Source: Pristiophorus japonicus (lineage: Eukaryota). From it: a stretch of 64,000 nucleotides of DNA. Numbering within the stretch: position 1 is the first letter of the stretch; every line of letters begins with the position of its first letter. Made by a program: the position numbers and the translations under genes. The stretch lies in NCBI RefSeq assembly GCF_044704955.1, contig NC_091994.1, positions 48,670,001 through 48,734,000 of the forward strand, written 5' to 3'. This document shows, one piece after another, positions 38,850 to 51,060 of this stretch. The notes beneath the pieces are model-generated. The model did not search any database. It saw only the letters and a list, made by a program, of their open reading frames with translations, and was not told the origin of the DNA.

Positions 38850-39797
38850 GCATACTCTCTGTTCTGTGAGTAAAACGGATACAGGCATAGTGCCTCTCCA
38901 GTGAAAGGCTTCGGTGGCCAAACAAGGTGAGCCTTTGCTCACAAGAGGTTTCTTCACTGTTGAATCGCAGATGTAATCTGTTGTCCACAGCTGAGGTACT
39001 GCATCTACAAGACTCGGCATTTAAAAGTTAAAGGTATTTTTTTTATAACCATTTCTTTCTCAGCTCGCCAGCAGAAGAGAACAGGTTCTGGAAAAAAAAC
39101 CTCGAGACAGCCCGGGGAAGGTTTCAGTAGGTAAGGGAGCGCTAGTCGATCGAAAAGGGTTCCAGGTTCTTATGTGATAAGATTTTTATTGTTTTTAATT
39201 CGGAAGGGGTTCTTATGTGATAAGACTATTAAAAAAAAAGAAAAAAAGAAAGCGCTAGTCGATCGAAGGTTCTTATGTGATAAGATTTTTATTGTTTTTA
39301 ATTCGGAAGGGGTTCTTATGTGATAAGACTATAAAAAAAAAGAGCGCAATCGATCAAAGAGTTTGGGTACGGAACCTTAAGTTTTATCAGTTTTTATTAG
39401 GATAAGTTAAGGACTCGGTCTGTAGTGGCGTACAACGCAGACTGAGAATTTGTTTAGAGGTTATGATTTGTGTACTCACGGGAATATTGTTTGTTGTCCT
39501 TGTATTACTGTTGTGTGCAATACCTTTGTGACTCATTGCCATTAGAGAAATGGGAAGAGTCACTAGGGAAAGTTGTGATTCGAAAAAAAAAAACACAAGG
39601 ATTGATTAGGAAAAGAAACAGTAACTGATTGATCAACTACGATTGGTTCGTGCCAACATATCTCACACACCCAGACTGAGCCCGAATTAAGAGCCTTTTC
39701 AGGCCACGTAACGGCCAGGAGAAGTGGGCGTAGAGAACTCGGTTGGCCGAAAGGATTGTGAGATCAGAAACTGTGGAAAAATCTTAAATCATCCAGA

Positions 39798-41540
39798 ATG
39801 GGGGCTGGAGCAAGTAAACCACCACCAAAAGGGACCCCACCCCATTTTATGCTCCAGAATTGTGGTCAGTCTTCAATTGACCACCTAAGAGAATGGGTAA
39901 AATGGACTAAGGGTGAAAACAGGCCATTTCCACCCGATGGTTCATTCAATTTAGAGAGAATAACCTGTCTAGAAGAATGCCTTATAGACAGAGACCCAGG
40001 TAGAAGAGGGAAAAAAAAAGTGAATTGGTCAGCGTTTGGAGATTGGAAAAGGGAAGCTGAGGAACGACACGAGAAGAGCCTAAGAGTTAGCAAGCAGTGT
40101 ACTAGAGGGAGAAAGCAGGGGGATGAACGGGTAGAGCAGGTGAATCGCCCTCGACATAACAAACACCCATCCGTTATGGTTGCTAAAGAGACAAAGGCAC
40201 ACTCACCTAGGGCTCCTGAGGGTTGGGATAAGGATGAGGATGAGGACCGGGATGAGGATTGGACTCCCTACAGCCATCGACCACCGCCGTATGTTCCATC
40301 CCCGGGGGGTGCTCCAGGCCAAGGAGGAGACGATCCTCGGGCCGGAGTACAGGGAAACGGGGTAATACCCGCTCCCAACAATACAGGTGCGGCTGCAGGA
40401 AATATAAGTCAGTCACAAGGGAATCAATACCGTGACGGCCCTGCAGGGGGCACACGAAGTCATACCCGTGGACCAGAGCCCGTTGCCCTGGAGCCATCAT
40501 CATCTGCATACCCAGTAAGACTTTTTCCCAGTCCACTCTCTGGGGGGGCTCCGGTCCCTATTTATCGACCATGGTCACCAAGTGAATTAAGAATAATTGT
40601 GGAAGGATTGGCAGACCCCAAAACCAATATTGAAAAGGCCATAGACCAGTTAAAAGTAATCATCTTGTGCCACGAACCCAGTATATTAGATGGTCAAATC
40701 TTACTGAAAGCATGGTTAAAGGACACAAAATTTGCCGAACTTGAGATAAAATTCAAAGATTTTAAAACCCATCGAGAGGCTCCGGATGCAGATCCCAGCA
40801 CGAAGCCAGGAGAGGGGTTCTGGGGAAGATGTTGGGAAGCCTTACATTCGGTGTTCCCGAGGAAAACGAATTGGTCCAAAATTATGGAAACTACACAAAG
40901 AAAGGAGGAGGATGTTGAGGATTATGTAGAAAGAGTGCGAGAGATCATGAACCAATGTTCAGGCATGAAAATGGAGGAGGTAGAAGCTCCTATGATCAGC
41001 GCCGTGGTAAACGGGCTACGGCCCGAACTCAGAGATCCCTTTAAACTAGTTTGTCTCGGATGGCGACAGGAATCGCTATCCAAGGTTGTATCTATGTTAA
41101 AGGACATACAAGAGCGAAATAGAGAATCTAGAAGCAAGGTCACCATGTTTGTAGGACAAGCAGCTCCAATGACACCCACCCCGGTGACACCGTCCTACGG
41201 CCCGCCCCAGGGTAGAGGAAGAGGGCGAGCCAGAGGAGGATATTACAGGGGAAGAGGGAGAGGAGGTGCAGGGCAGGAACAATATGATACCTGTCACAAT
41301 TGTGGACAGATTGGACACTGGGCTAGAACTTGCCGGGCAAAACAGCAACAACCAAATCATGATTGGACTCAACAGGCAGGTAATAGAGCACACCCTCCCC
41401 CTTCAGAACCCAACCCGTATGCGACCCAAGTCCAGGTACATGCTAGACCTCAGACTAATTTCTCTGTGCAAGATCCATTTGGATCACAGAATCAAAAGCA
41501 ATTCGGCCAACCACCAAATTGCCCGTATAATGATCAATGA
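39798..41540 (+). CDS. gag: ERV-1 Gag, intact, 580 aa
   Basis: MGAGAS myristoylation signal, PPPY late domain, capsid (YRPWSPSEL), CHNCGQIGHWARTC knuckle. Confidence 0.96.
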   Translation: MGAGASKPPPKGTPPHFMLQNCGQSSIDHLREWVKWTKGENRPFPPDGSFNLERITCLEECLIDRDPGRRGKKKVNWSAFGDWKREAEERHEKSLRVSKQCTRGRKQGDERVEQVNRPRHNKHPSVMVAKETKAHSPRAPEGWDKDEDEDRDEDWTPYSHRPPPYVPSPGGAPGQGGDDPRAGVQGNGVIPAPNNTGAAAGNISQSQGNQYRDGPAGGTRSHTRGPEPVALEPSSSAYPVRLFPSPLSGGAPVPIYRPWSPSELRIIVEGLADPKTNIEKAIDQLKVIILCHEPSILDGQILLKAWLKDTKFAELEIKFKDFKTHREAPDADPSTKPGEGFWGRCWEALHSVFPRKTNWSKIMETTQRKEEDVEDYVERVREIMNQCSGMKMEEVEAPMISAVVNGLRPELRDPFKLVCLGWRQESLSKVVSMLKDIQERNRESRSKVTMFVGQAAPMTPTPVTPSYGPPQGRGRGRARGGYYRGRGRGGAGQEQYDTCHNCGQIGHWARTCRAKQQQPNHDWTQQAGNRAHPPPSEPNPYATQVQVHARPQTNFSVQDPFGSQNQKQFGQPPNCPYNDQ

Positions 41541-44500
41541 CGCCCAATCCCAGACCCGAGTGCTGCGAACAAACAGCTACCCGTCGTTTCGTTAAATGCC
41601 ATAGGAGAACCTGAAGTAAAAATACGAATACAAGGAAAGGATGTCCCATTCCTAGTGGATACTGGTGCCACCTATTCGGTCCTTTCAAGGGAGGATACGA
41701 GGGGAATTCCCACTTCCACTAATCAAACCTCAGTGAGTGGACTATCTGGACACGCACAGCAAATGTTTTTCTCCAACCCTATCAATGTACAAATAGAGGA
41801 TTACGAAGATAGTCATTCATTCCTACTGTCTAAGGAGGTTCCAGTGAATCTGTGTGGACGTGACCTGTTATGTAAAATGAATGCCACGATCCTCTGTTCC
41901 CCAGCTGGTCTGGAGGTTCGAGTCCCCATAGATAAATGTGGCGCATATCCACTACTTCAACCCACAACTCCCATTTTGTATGCCTGGGAAAATTTGGACC
42001 CCACACTAAGCAAAACCCTATCCTATTTGGTTGGTTCATATTGGTGTGTAACAAGGTTAATCACAGACTACCTCAAATCTCAAACCTTGGGCAAGTGGTA
42101 CGAAACATTACACTGCACAGCATATTGTGACAAAACGGGATCAGACGCTACAGCACAAATCTTTTATCAACCATTCCTGCACCAGAAACATCAATTGATG
42201 ATCGAAAAAATCTTTATCGGACCCGAAGGGATAGCGGCAGGGGTTGAATTATCCTCCCACAGTCAGAGCTTGTTTAGGGTTAAAGGGAGCATTCCACACT
42301 GCACCCTTGCGGTTGCAGGCACGTATAAACCCCAGGATTTAGGACGAATGGTTAAAAGAATGCAAGGATCCCCAGTACAAGAGGAATGGCACACACGTAA
42401 TGGAACTTTGGGGCAACATGAAAGGGGGGGAGGCTATTCTGTCAAGTTGAATGGGAAAATATACTTCGATGCTGTCTTAGAAGAAAGGATGCTCTCAGCC
42501 ACTAGCTTCCCAGTACGACAAAGCACAGCAGAGCTTCTTGCTAAAGTTCCAGAACAACTATGGTCTACACACGCTAATGAAGTAGGAAGGATGCTCACCG
42601 CACAACCCTATAAGGTAGCGATCAATTCAACCGCCCCGCTCCCCAAGAAGCCTCAATACCCCTTGTCCCCAGCCGCAGAACAAGGTATTGAGCCAGTCAT
42701 TAAGTCCCTGCTGGCCCAGGGAGTAATCGTTCCAACTAGAAGTCCATGTAACACACCGATCTTTCCGGTGCAGAAGCCCAATAGTGACAAATGGAGATTT
42801 GTCCAAGACCTACGAGCCGTGAATCATTTGGTATTCCCAACTTATCCAGTGGTACCCAACCCGGCAATTATACTTGCCAGTATTCCGGCATCCTCAACGT
42901 ATTACACAGTAGTTGATCTGTGTTCAGCATTTTTCTCAATACCCATTCACCCAGAGTCTCAATTCCTGTTTGCCTTCACGTATAAAGGACACCAATATAC
43001 GTGGACAAGACTCCCGCAGGGATTTACCGAGAGCCCTACCATATTCTCACAGTGCCTAAAGAGGGATCTGGAAGATGTAATTTTACCAGCAGGTTCTACA
43101 CTTGTGCAGTATGTTGACCACTTATTGCTCGCCTCACCCTCCAAATTGGCCTGCGAAACGGACTCCCTTGTGTTATTAAAAGCTCTGGCCTCGAAAGGAC
43201 ACAAGGTGTCAAAGGCAAAGTTACAATTTGTCTCAGAAAAGGTTCGGTATCTAGGGCACGAATTGGTCAGAGATACGAGACAATTGACACAAGACCGAGT
43301 AAAAGCAATCTGCTCTGCCCCACTACCAGTAACCAAGAGAGAAATGAAACACCTCCTCGGCATGACAGGATACTGCCGACAATGGGTTACGAGTTATTCC
43401 GAGATTGTTAGACCACTGTTAGACATGTCCATGCCCGCACTACCAGAGAAGTTGATTTGGAATGAGGTATCCCGGAATGCTTTTCAGAACCTTAAACAGT
43501 CCCTCACTTCAGCACCCGCCTTGGGATTACCAGATTACACTAAGCTATTCAACTTATTTGTGCATCACAAGTCGGGTTTTGCACAATCTGTTTTGACTCA
43601 GTTACATGGGGACAGGCAGCGACCGGTAGCGTATTTCAGTACCTAACTAGACCCAGTGGCACGCGGACTACCAGGATGTCTTCCTTCGTTGGCAGCAGCT
43701 TATTATGCTATGCAACAGGCTCAGACAATCAAAAATGCAGAACAAGTGGAAAATCTCCTGCGAGCCATTCAATGCCCTTTGAAACTTGCCATTATCAAAT
43801 GCCAAGCACATACAGGCCAGTCGAATGAGGTGGCACTTGGGAATGCCAGAGCTGATAATGCAGCTAAGTCAGCAGCTCTGTCGAAAGGGGGGATGCAGGT
43901 GTCATTGTTCCCACTAAGGAAAAATAATTGCTCAGACCCGCCACCCACTATTAATGACGTGCTGGCCTTTCAGACACAGGCCAGTACGGAGGAGGTGGTG
44001 ACCTGGACGAAGGATCAATGTTATAAAAATCCAGAAGGAATATGGGTTCACCATGACGGCCGCGTGGTGGCCCCTAGATCCTTACTTCCATGGATTGCCC
44101 GATGTGTTCATACATTCACACATGCAGGCAAAGGGGGATTGGCAGATTATATTTTAGCAACTTGGTATGCACCAGGTATTTCGGCAATTGCAAAACAAAT
44201 CTGTGAAAATTGTGTTACCTGTCAGACAATGAATCCGGGTAAGACGGAAAAAGTAGAATCTGCCTCCCACCCAAATCCAGTCGGGCCTTTTGTACATTTA
44301 CAAATGGATTTTATTGAATTACCTATGTGTATGGGATTCAAGTATGTATTAGTTATTGTAGATGTGTTCTCTAGATGGATTGAAGCCTTTCCATGTAAAA
44401 AGGCCGATGCCACTACTGTTGCTAAATGTTTGTTAAAAGAAATTGTACCGCGCTTCGGAATCCCTGCTAAGCTTTCCAGTGATAACGGGTCACATTTCAC

Positions 44501-45125
44501 GGGAACTGTTATAAGAGAAATGTGTAAAGCTTTACAGATTAATCAACGTTTTCATTGCAGTTATCATCCACAATCAGCTGGACTTGTTGAAAGATATAAT
44601 GGAATGCTTAAAAATAAGCTGGCAAAACTATGCAATGACACTGGACTGAAATGGACAGAACTGCTGCCCTTAGCTTTGATGGTAATGCGATCTGCAACCA
44701 ACAGAACAACAGGCCTGTCACCGCATGAGATAGTTATGGGACGTCCCCAACGACTACCTTTTACAGCACCATTTACTGCAAAACAGATGGACATCCACAA
44801 AATGGAGGAAAATATGTTAAATTATTGTATTGCACTAACCAAATGTATTTCCAGCTTTCATTCACAGGTAAAGGAAGCCCAAGTCAAGCCAGCGGAAGGG
44901 AAGTGTCATAACCTGGAGCCAGGGGAATTCGTTTACATCAAGATTTTTAAAAGGAAAAGCAGTCTACAGCCAAGATTCGAAGGACCATACCAGGTCTTGC
45001 TGGCGACCAATACTGCAATCAAGGTAAAGGAAAGACCAACATGGATCCACGCATCCCATTGCAAACGGGCACCCGACCAGGAGGAAGGGACGAAGGAATC
45101 AGAGGAACAGAAAAAGGAAGACTGA
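41541..45125 (+). pseudogene. pol: ERV-1 Pol (PR, 2H phosphoesterase, RT, truncated RNase H, IN), defective
   Basis: In frame with gag after TGA; VDTGA; LPQG; YVDH instead of YxDD (43110-43121); TAA at 43644; RNase H deletion near 43730; intact-looking HHCC/DDE integrase. Confidence 0.94.
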
Positions 45126-46519
45126 ATAAGGAACTGTATGGACTATGGGGACTGATGGTGCTGGGCTTGACAGGGTTTTACTTCACATTATTGATTACAC
45201 CAGGGGTACAGACCCACCACCGAAGGGAATTGCACGTAAACGTATTTATGGCACTGAGTCATAGGTATGCTCAAGAAAGAAACTTGTCGAGTTGTTGGAT
45301 ATGTTCCCATGTACCTGTCCACTCCAGGGGGGGTATTCCCCTGAGATCTGTCCCCTTTAACGAATCAGAAATGGTAGAATGGTTGACAGTGCAAAACAGG
45401 ACAAAACTAACTAAGGGGCCAGAAACGAAGGAGCAAACAGAATGGAGGTCGGCAGAGTATAAACTTACAGCCTTCCAGGGATGGTACCAGCCCAATTATG
45501 ATAATAACCATCAGCCTCCCTTCCTAAGCATTACTCCCAGAATAGGAAATCCTGAAGGTATAATATGCCTAGTGAGTAATGAGACTAAAGGACCAGAAAT
45601 GGGACGCAGCAAGTGTTCCCAAATGATTAAATGGCAAGCCACAACTAATCCCACTGAGAGAAAGATAGCAACCGTTGGCTGGACAACGGTCCATAACAAA
45701 GCCCCAGGTAAAGGGTGGGAAGGTGAGACCACTCGAGTAGGGACAGTGCGAAAGGACCAGGAGCTGACGTCCTATAATTGCACCTACTTTATTTGTGGCC
45801 ATAAAGCCTACCCATGGTTACCAGCCAACTGGACAGGGTCCTGTTACTTAGGATATGTGGTACCCCTTATCAGATCAGTAAGGACTCTAAGGGAGGCCTA
45901 TGGAAGCCACAGATTTAAACGGGATTTGACGTGGCTAAACGGAATATTCAAGGTAATGGTGCCACCCTATGGAATAGCATCGACCGAATGGCAGTTACGG
46001 GAACTGGCTAACTTAGTAGAATCAGTAGCCAACGCAACTTCCCAAGCCTTTGAAGGGATAAATGACGAAATGGTAGCTATTCGAACAGTGGCTCTCCAAA
46101 ATCGTATGGCCTTAGATTATCTCCTAGCCAAGGAGGGAGGAACATGCGCATTAATAGGTGAAGAATGCTGTACGTATATCCCAGATAAATCAGAAGATAC
46201 CGGCAGTCTAGCTGAAAACATCAGGAAAAAGGTAATAGAGTATAAACAGACAGTTGGCCAGGACGGTATCACCTTGTGGGGTTGGGCATCAGGATGGTTG
46301 GGAGCCCTGGGGAAATCTGTGGTACAGGGTTTGATCATATTCCTGCTGATAGTCTTCGTCCTGTATCTATTATTTGTCGTCATTAAGTGTTGCTGTGCCA
46401 GGGTGGGAGAAACTATGTTACCTACCGAGACCACGGCTAGAGTTATGGTAGCAACAACTGCTGAAGGCTCTTGTGTAGAAATGGAAATGGAGAGACTGTA
46501 CAAGATCAGAATGGATTGA
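45041..46519 (+). CDS. env: ERV-1 envelope, intact ORF of 492 aa
   Basis: Hydrophobic signal, CWIC, RFKR, ISD LQNRMALDYLLAKEGGTC, CALIGEECC, TM; the true start codon may be downstream. Confidence 0.95.
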   Translation: MDPRIPLQTGTRPGGRDEGIRGTEKGRLNKELYGLWGLMVLGLTGFYFTLLITPGVQTHHRRELHVNVFMALSHRYAQERNLSSCWICSHVPVHSRGGIPLRSVPFNESEMVEWLTVQNRTKLTKGPETKEQTEWRSAEYKLTAFQGWYQPNYDNNHQPPFLSITPRIGNPEGIICLVSNETKGPEMGRSKCSQMIKWQATTNPTERKIATVGWTTVHNKAPGKGWEGETTRVGTVRKDQELTSYNCTYFICGHKAYPWLPANWTGSCYLGYVVPLIRSVRTLREAYGSHRFKRDLTWLNGIFKVMVPPYGIASTEWQLRELANLVESVANATSQAFEGINDEMVAIRTVALQNRMALDYLLAKEGGTCALIGEECCTYIPDKSEDTGSLAENIRKKVIEYKQTVGQDGITLWGWASGWLGALGKSVVQGLIIFLLIVFVLYLLFVVIKCCCARVGETMLPTETTARVMVATTAEGSCVEMEMERLYKIRMD

Positions 46520-46549
46520 GTTGTCCTTGTGAAGGACAAAATGGGGGAA

Positions 46550-47226
46550 TGTGGAAAGTATTTTTATCTAAGCTGATACCATACGGTATTTGTGTGCCTT
46601 TTGATTAAAATGGAGTCCTGGCCCTTCCAGAACTTTCTGCATTTTAGCAGTCAGCTTGCATAAACAGCTAAACCTGCTGTGAGATGGCTGATGGCCATCA
46701 GACAGCTAGGAGACAAGTCATGCTGAGACAAGTAACCCCCATGGTGCTCTCCTATTGTCTACACTACAGGAGTTCCATGTCACCCCACCCTTATCTTCTA
46801 GCCATTATCTCTTTCCGAGACCTCATCCATTTGATGCAAACAGATAAACTGACCAGGAAATTGAAACAATCCTGACACAATACAAGACAGGTGATAGCCC
46901 ATTACCTATGACTCATGGAGTAATGGCCGTTTGGCTTTCTGATAACCCTGACAAAAGGAAATATCTGGACACCATGTCAGGACCAGGATATAGTAATTAA
47001 CTCTTTATCTGTATTCACTGACTGTGAGACAGAGCAATACACAGGGAGAGGCCAGAACTTTGGTTTTACTGTATAAATATCTTGTTAAACTGAACCATTT
47101 CGGAGGTGTTCATTTAGCCCTTGACTGAGTGAAACCTACCCCTTGCGAGCAAGTAAATTAAAAAGGAAACTTCTACCGGAGCTGTAAGTGTCGGAGTCAT
47201 TCTTTTCGGAGGTCGAGATTTCGACA
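46550..47226 (+). repeat. ERV-1 3' LTR
   Basis: Copy of 38150-38826 preceded by PPT. Confidence 0.98.
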
Positions 47227-50200
47227 ATGGCCTGGTGGGCCAGGGCCACGGGTTGAGTGGAGCCTCCCTGGGAGCATTGCCCAGCTGGGCACACGTCATG
47301 CATCTGCGAACCCAGTGTTCCAGGTCTGAGTCAATCCCCGGCCACCATACATGTGACCGGGCAATGGCCTTCATTAACACAATGCCAGGATGCTCGCTGT
47401 GGAGTTCCCTGATGAACACTTCCCTTCCTTTCTGGGGCATGACTACCCGGCTGCCCCATAACAGGCAGTCGGCTTGGATGGAGAGTTCATCCATCCGTCT
47501 CTGAAACGGCCTGACTTCCTTGGGGCATGCCCTGTGTGCGGGCGCCCAATTCCCAGTCAGGACACATTTCTTTATCATGAATAGGAGGGGGTCCCTGTTG
47601 GTCCAGAGTTTGATCTGTCAGGCTGTGATGGGGGAGCCCGCAGTGTCAAAAGCCTCAACGGCCATGACCATCTCGACGCTCTGCTCCGACGCCCCCTCGG
47701 TGGTGGCCAGTGGGAGCCTGCTGAGTGTGTCAGCGCAATTTTCGGTGCCTGGCCGGTGCCGTATGGTGTAGTCATACGCAGCCAGCGTGAGGGCCCATCG
47801 CTGTATGCGAGCTGACACGTTAGCATTGACAGCCTTGCTGTCGGACAACAGGGATGTTAACGGCTTGTGGTCCGTCTCTAGCTCGAACTGTCTACTGAAA
47901 AGATACTGGTGCATCTTTTTCACACCGTACACACGCGCGAGTGCCTCCTTCTCGACCATGCCGTATCCATGCTCTGCCTGGGAGAGCGACCTGGAGCCGT
48001 AAGCCACCGGTTGGAGTCAGCCGTCATCGTTACCCTGCTGCAATACACACCAATCCCGTAGGATGACGCATCGCATGTTAAAACCAGTTTTTTATAAGGG
48101 TCATACAAAATCAACAGTTTGTTGGAACACAGCAGGTTCCTCGCCTTATTGAAAGCCCGTTCTTGACAATCCCCCCAAAACCATTCACAACCTTTATGGA
48201 GGAGCATGTGTCACGGCTCCAACAATGTGCTTAAGTTTGGCAGAAAGTTCCCAAAATAGTTCAAAAATCCCAAGAACCATCGCAACTCCGACGTGTTGCC
48301 GGGCCTGGGCGCCCGGTAAATCGCCTCAGTTTTTGATTCAGTGGGCCAGATCCCATCTGCGGCAACCCTCCTGCCCAGGAACTCGACCTCTGAGGCCAGA
48401 AACACGCACTTGGCCTTTTTCAGCCGCAAGCCTACCCAATCCAATCGGCGTAGCACCTCCTCCAGGTTGGGGAGATGTTCCTCGGTGTCTCGACCCATTA
48501 TAAGGATGTCGTCTTGGAATACGACCATTCCAGAGATGGACTTGAGCAAGCTTTCCATGTTTTGCTGAAAGATAGCTGCTGCCGAACGAATGCCAAACGG
48601 GCACCTGTTGTAGACAAATAATCCTTTGTGCGTCGTGATGGTGGTCAGAAGCTTGGAATCTTCCGCCAGTTCGTGAGTCATGTAGGCCAAAGTGAGGTCC
48701 AGCTTCGTGAACAGCTTTCCACCTGCCAGCGTGGCAAAGAGGTCCTCCACTCTCGGAAGCGCGTATTGGTCTTGCAGCGACACTCGGTTGATGGTGGCTT
48801 TGTAGTCGCCACAAATCCTAACCGAGCCATCTGCTTTGATGACGGGAACGATGGGACTTGCCCAGTCGCTGAATTCAATGGCCGAAATTATGCCCTCTCT
48901 GAGCAGCCTGTCCAGTTCACTTTCAATTTTCTCACGCATCACGTACGGCACCGCTCTGACTTTGTGGTGCACTGGTCTGGCATCCAGAGTGATGCGTATC
49001 ACTACTTTAGTGCCCTTGAATGTACCGACACCGGGTTGAAACAGTGACTCGAATTTTTGCAAGACCTGCGAGCATGAACTTCGCTCCACAGATGAAATGG
49101 CGTGCACATCCCCCCATTTCCAATTCATCTCAGCTAGCCAACTCCTCCCCAAAAGCGCGGGGCCATTTCCCGGAACAATCCAGAGTGCAGCCGGTTCTGT
49201 AATCCATTATGCGTTACCACCAAGTTTGCACTGCCCAGCACTGGGATTATCTCTTTGGTGTACGTACGTAGCTGCATCTCAATGCATTCCAGTTTGGGTC
49301 TGCTAGCTCTGTGTGGTCATAGTCTCTCAAACTGTTGGCCGCTCATGAGTGACTGACTAGCTCCCGTATCCAGCTCCATGTGCACCGGGATGCCATTCAG
49401 TAAGATTTTCATCATCATGGGTGGCGTTTTAGTATATGAGCTATGGACGTCAACCACATGAACTCTCTGAGCTTCCGCATCCATGGTTGTTCCCCAGGCC
49501 TCATTATGCATTGCAGACCCCTCGTCTGGTTCCTCTGTCTCGCATACTAGCCTCGCTACTGCCTTTTTGCACATCCTGGCCAAGTGTCCACTGACATTAC
49601 AAATCCTACAGGTATAAAGCTGGAACCTGCAGCTTTTGGCAGTGTGTCTACCCCACACCTCCAACATGAGCTGAGATTGCTGTTAACAAAAGAACTATTC
49701 CAAGGCATTCCTCTCTGATGGCCCGTTTGGCTGTTTCTAAGCATCTGAATGGTCCCATCACGGGATGCATTGTTCCTCATGATGGCGTGAATTGCCGATC
49801 CCCTTTCCATTGTCCCTGTTGCAGGCCCACACTGGAGCTTATTGCTGCCTGGGTGGTGTTGAATTGCCCTTTCCTGCCTGCCTGGGCGGTGTTGAATTGT
49901 CCTTGGCTGCATGCGGGGTTCTGTATCACTTTTATAACATTAACTCCCTGGTTCATCGCAACGTTAAAACCAGGGCTGCGTGTGTAAATTAGCTTGGTCT
50001 CCTCTTCCCCTGCCATAAAGGTCTGAGCTATCAATGCTGCCCCTTCTAAAGTCAGGTCCTTGGTCTTTATAAGCTTCCTGAAAATGCCGGCATGATTCAT
50101 GCCCTCAATGAAAAAGTCCCTTAACATCTCCCCCCTGTAGGCATCAGAGAACTTACTGAGACTGGCCAAACGCCGCAGTTCCGCCACAAAATCCGAGACA

Positions 50201-51060
50201 TTTTGACCATCCCGATGCCGGTGAGAGTAGAACTGGTGCCGAGGCCATGTGTACGCTACTTGCTGGCTTGAGATGCTCACTGATCAGCTGGCTGAGCTCT
50301 TCAAAGGACTTGTCCGCTGGCTTTTGGGGTGCGAGCAGGTCTTTCATCAACGCATACGTCTGTGGACACATCTGGTCTGTAGATGCGCCCTCCGCTTGTC
50401 AGCCGCTGTCTCTTCCAGCCAGTCCTTTGTGACAAAGCTCTTCTGGAGTCTTTCCACAAAGTCGTGCCAGTCCTCACCCACACAGTAGCGTTCCTCTGTG
50501 CCACCGGTGGCCATCCTTGTTGTTCGGTGATTCCCGTTTCTCGTCGCCAGATATAGTGTTTGTATAGTGTTACAAACTCACATGAGGCATGTATATCACA
50601 GACACAGTCACTCTGTGACCTTCCTTTATTCCCAGAATCAAAGAGTGCTGACCCTTGGTGGGACTCCCCTTTTATACCTGGAAACCCAGGTGAGGAGTGT
50701 CTCCCGCAAGCACACCCCCCTGTGCTCAGGATGTACATTTCAAGGGTACAGGTACAGTGTGCATGAGTTACAGTTACATAACTATTGTCATTGCAAGATG
50801 GTGAAATACATGACAGAGATGAGGAGAAACTTCTTCACAGAGAGTTGTTAACCTTTGGAATTCCCTACTGCAGAGAGTTGTTGATGCCAGTTCATTGGAT
50901 ATATTCAAGAGGGAGTTAGATATGGCCCTTACAGCTAAAGGGATCAAGGGGTATGAAGAGAAAGCAGGAAAGGGGTACTGCGGTGAATGATCTTATTCAA
51001 GGTGGTGCAGGCTCGAAGGGCCGAATGGCCTACTCCTGCACCTATTTTCTAGGTTTCTAT

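Larger units (their letters stand above)
38150..47226 (+). mobile_element. Endogenous retrovirus ERV-1 (epsilon/gamma-like, class I), 9077 bp
   Basis: Identical LTRs, 4-bp TSD ATGG (38146-49, 47227-30), PBS, PPT 46538-46549, gag-pol-env. Confidence 0.98.
36945..50815 (-). mobile_element. Full-length decayed Gypsy retrotransposon containing ERV-1
   Basis: LTRs 50552-50815 and 36945-37189; TSD GAGAT (36940-44, 50816-20); PBS TGGCGACGAG 50540-49; RT 48211-49152; IN 37217-38023. Confidence 0.95.
34390..51060 (+). mobile_element. CR1 LINE (34390-36944 plus 50816-51060) split by a Gypsy insertion
   Basis: APE and RT fragments; ...GGACTGAGAT joins GAGGAGAAACTTCTTC across the insertion. Confidence 0.9.

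Noticed and set aside
38850-39797. Accessory ORF upstream of gag, as in walleye epsilonretroviruses
   Set aside because: No plus-strand ORF of 60 aa or more, and an in-frame stop shortly before the gag ATG.
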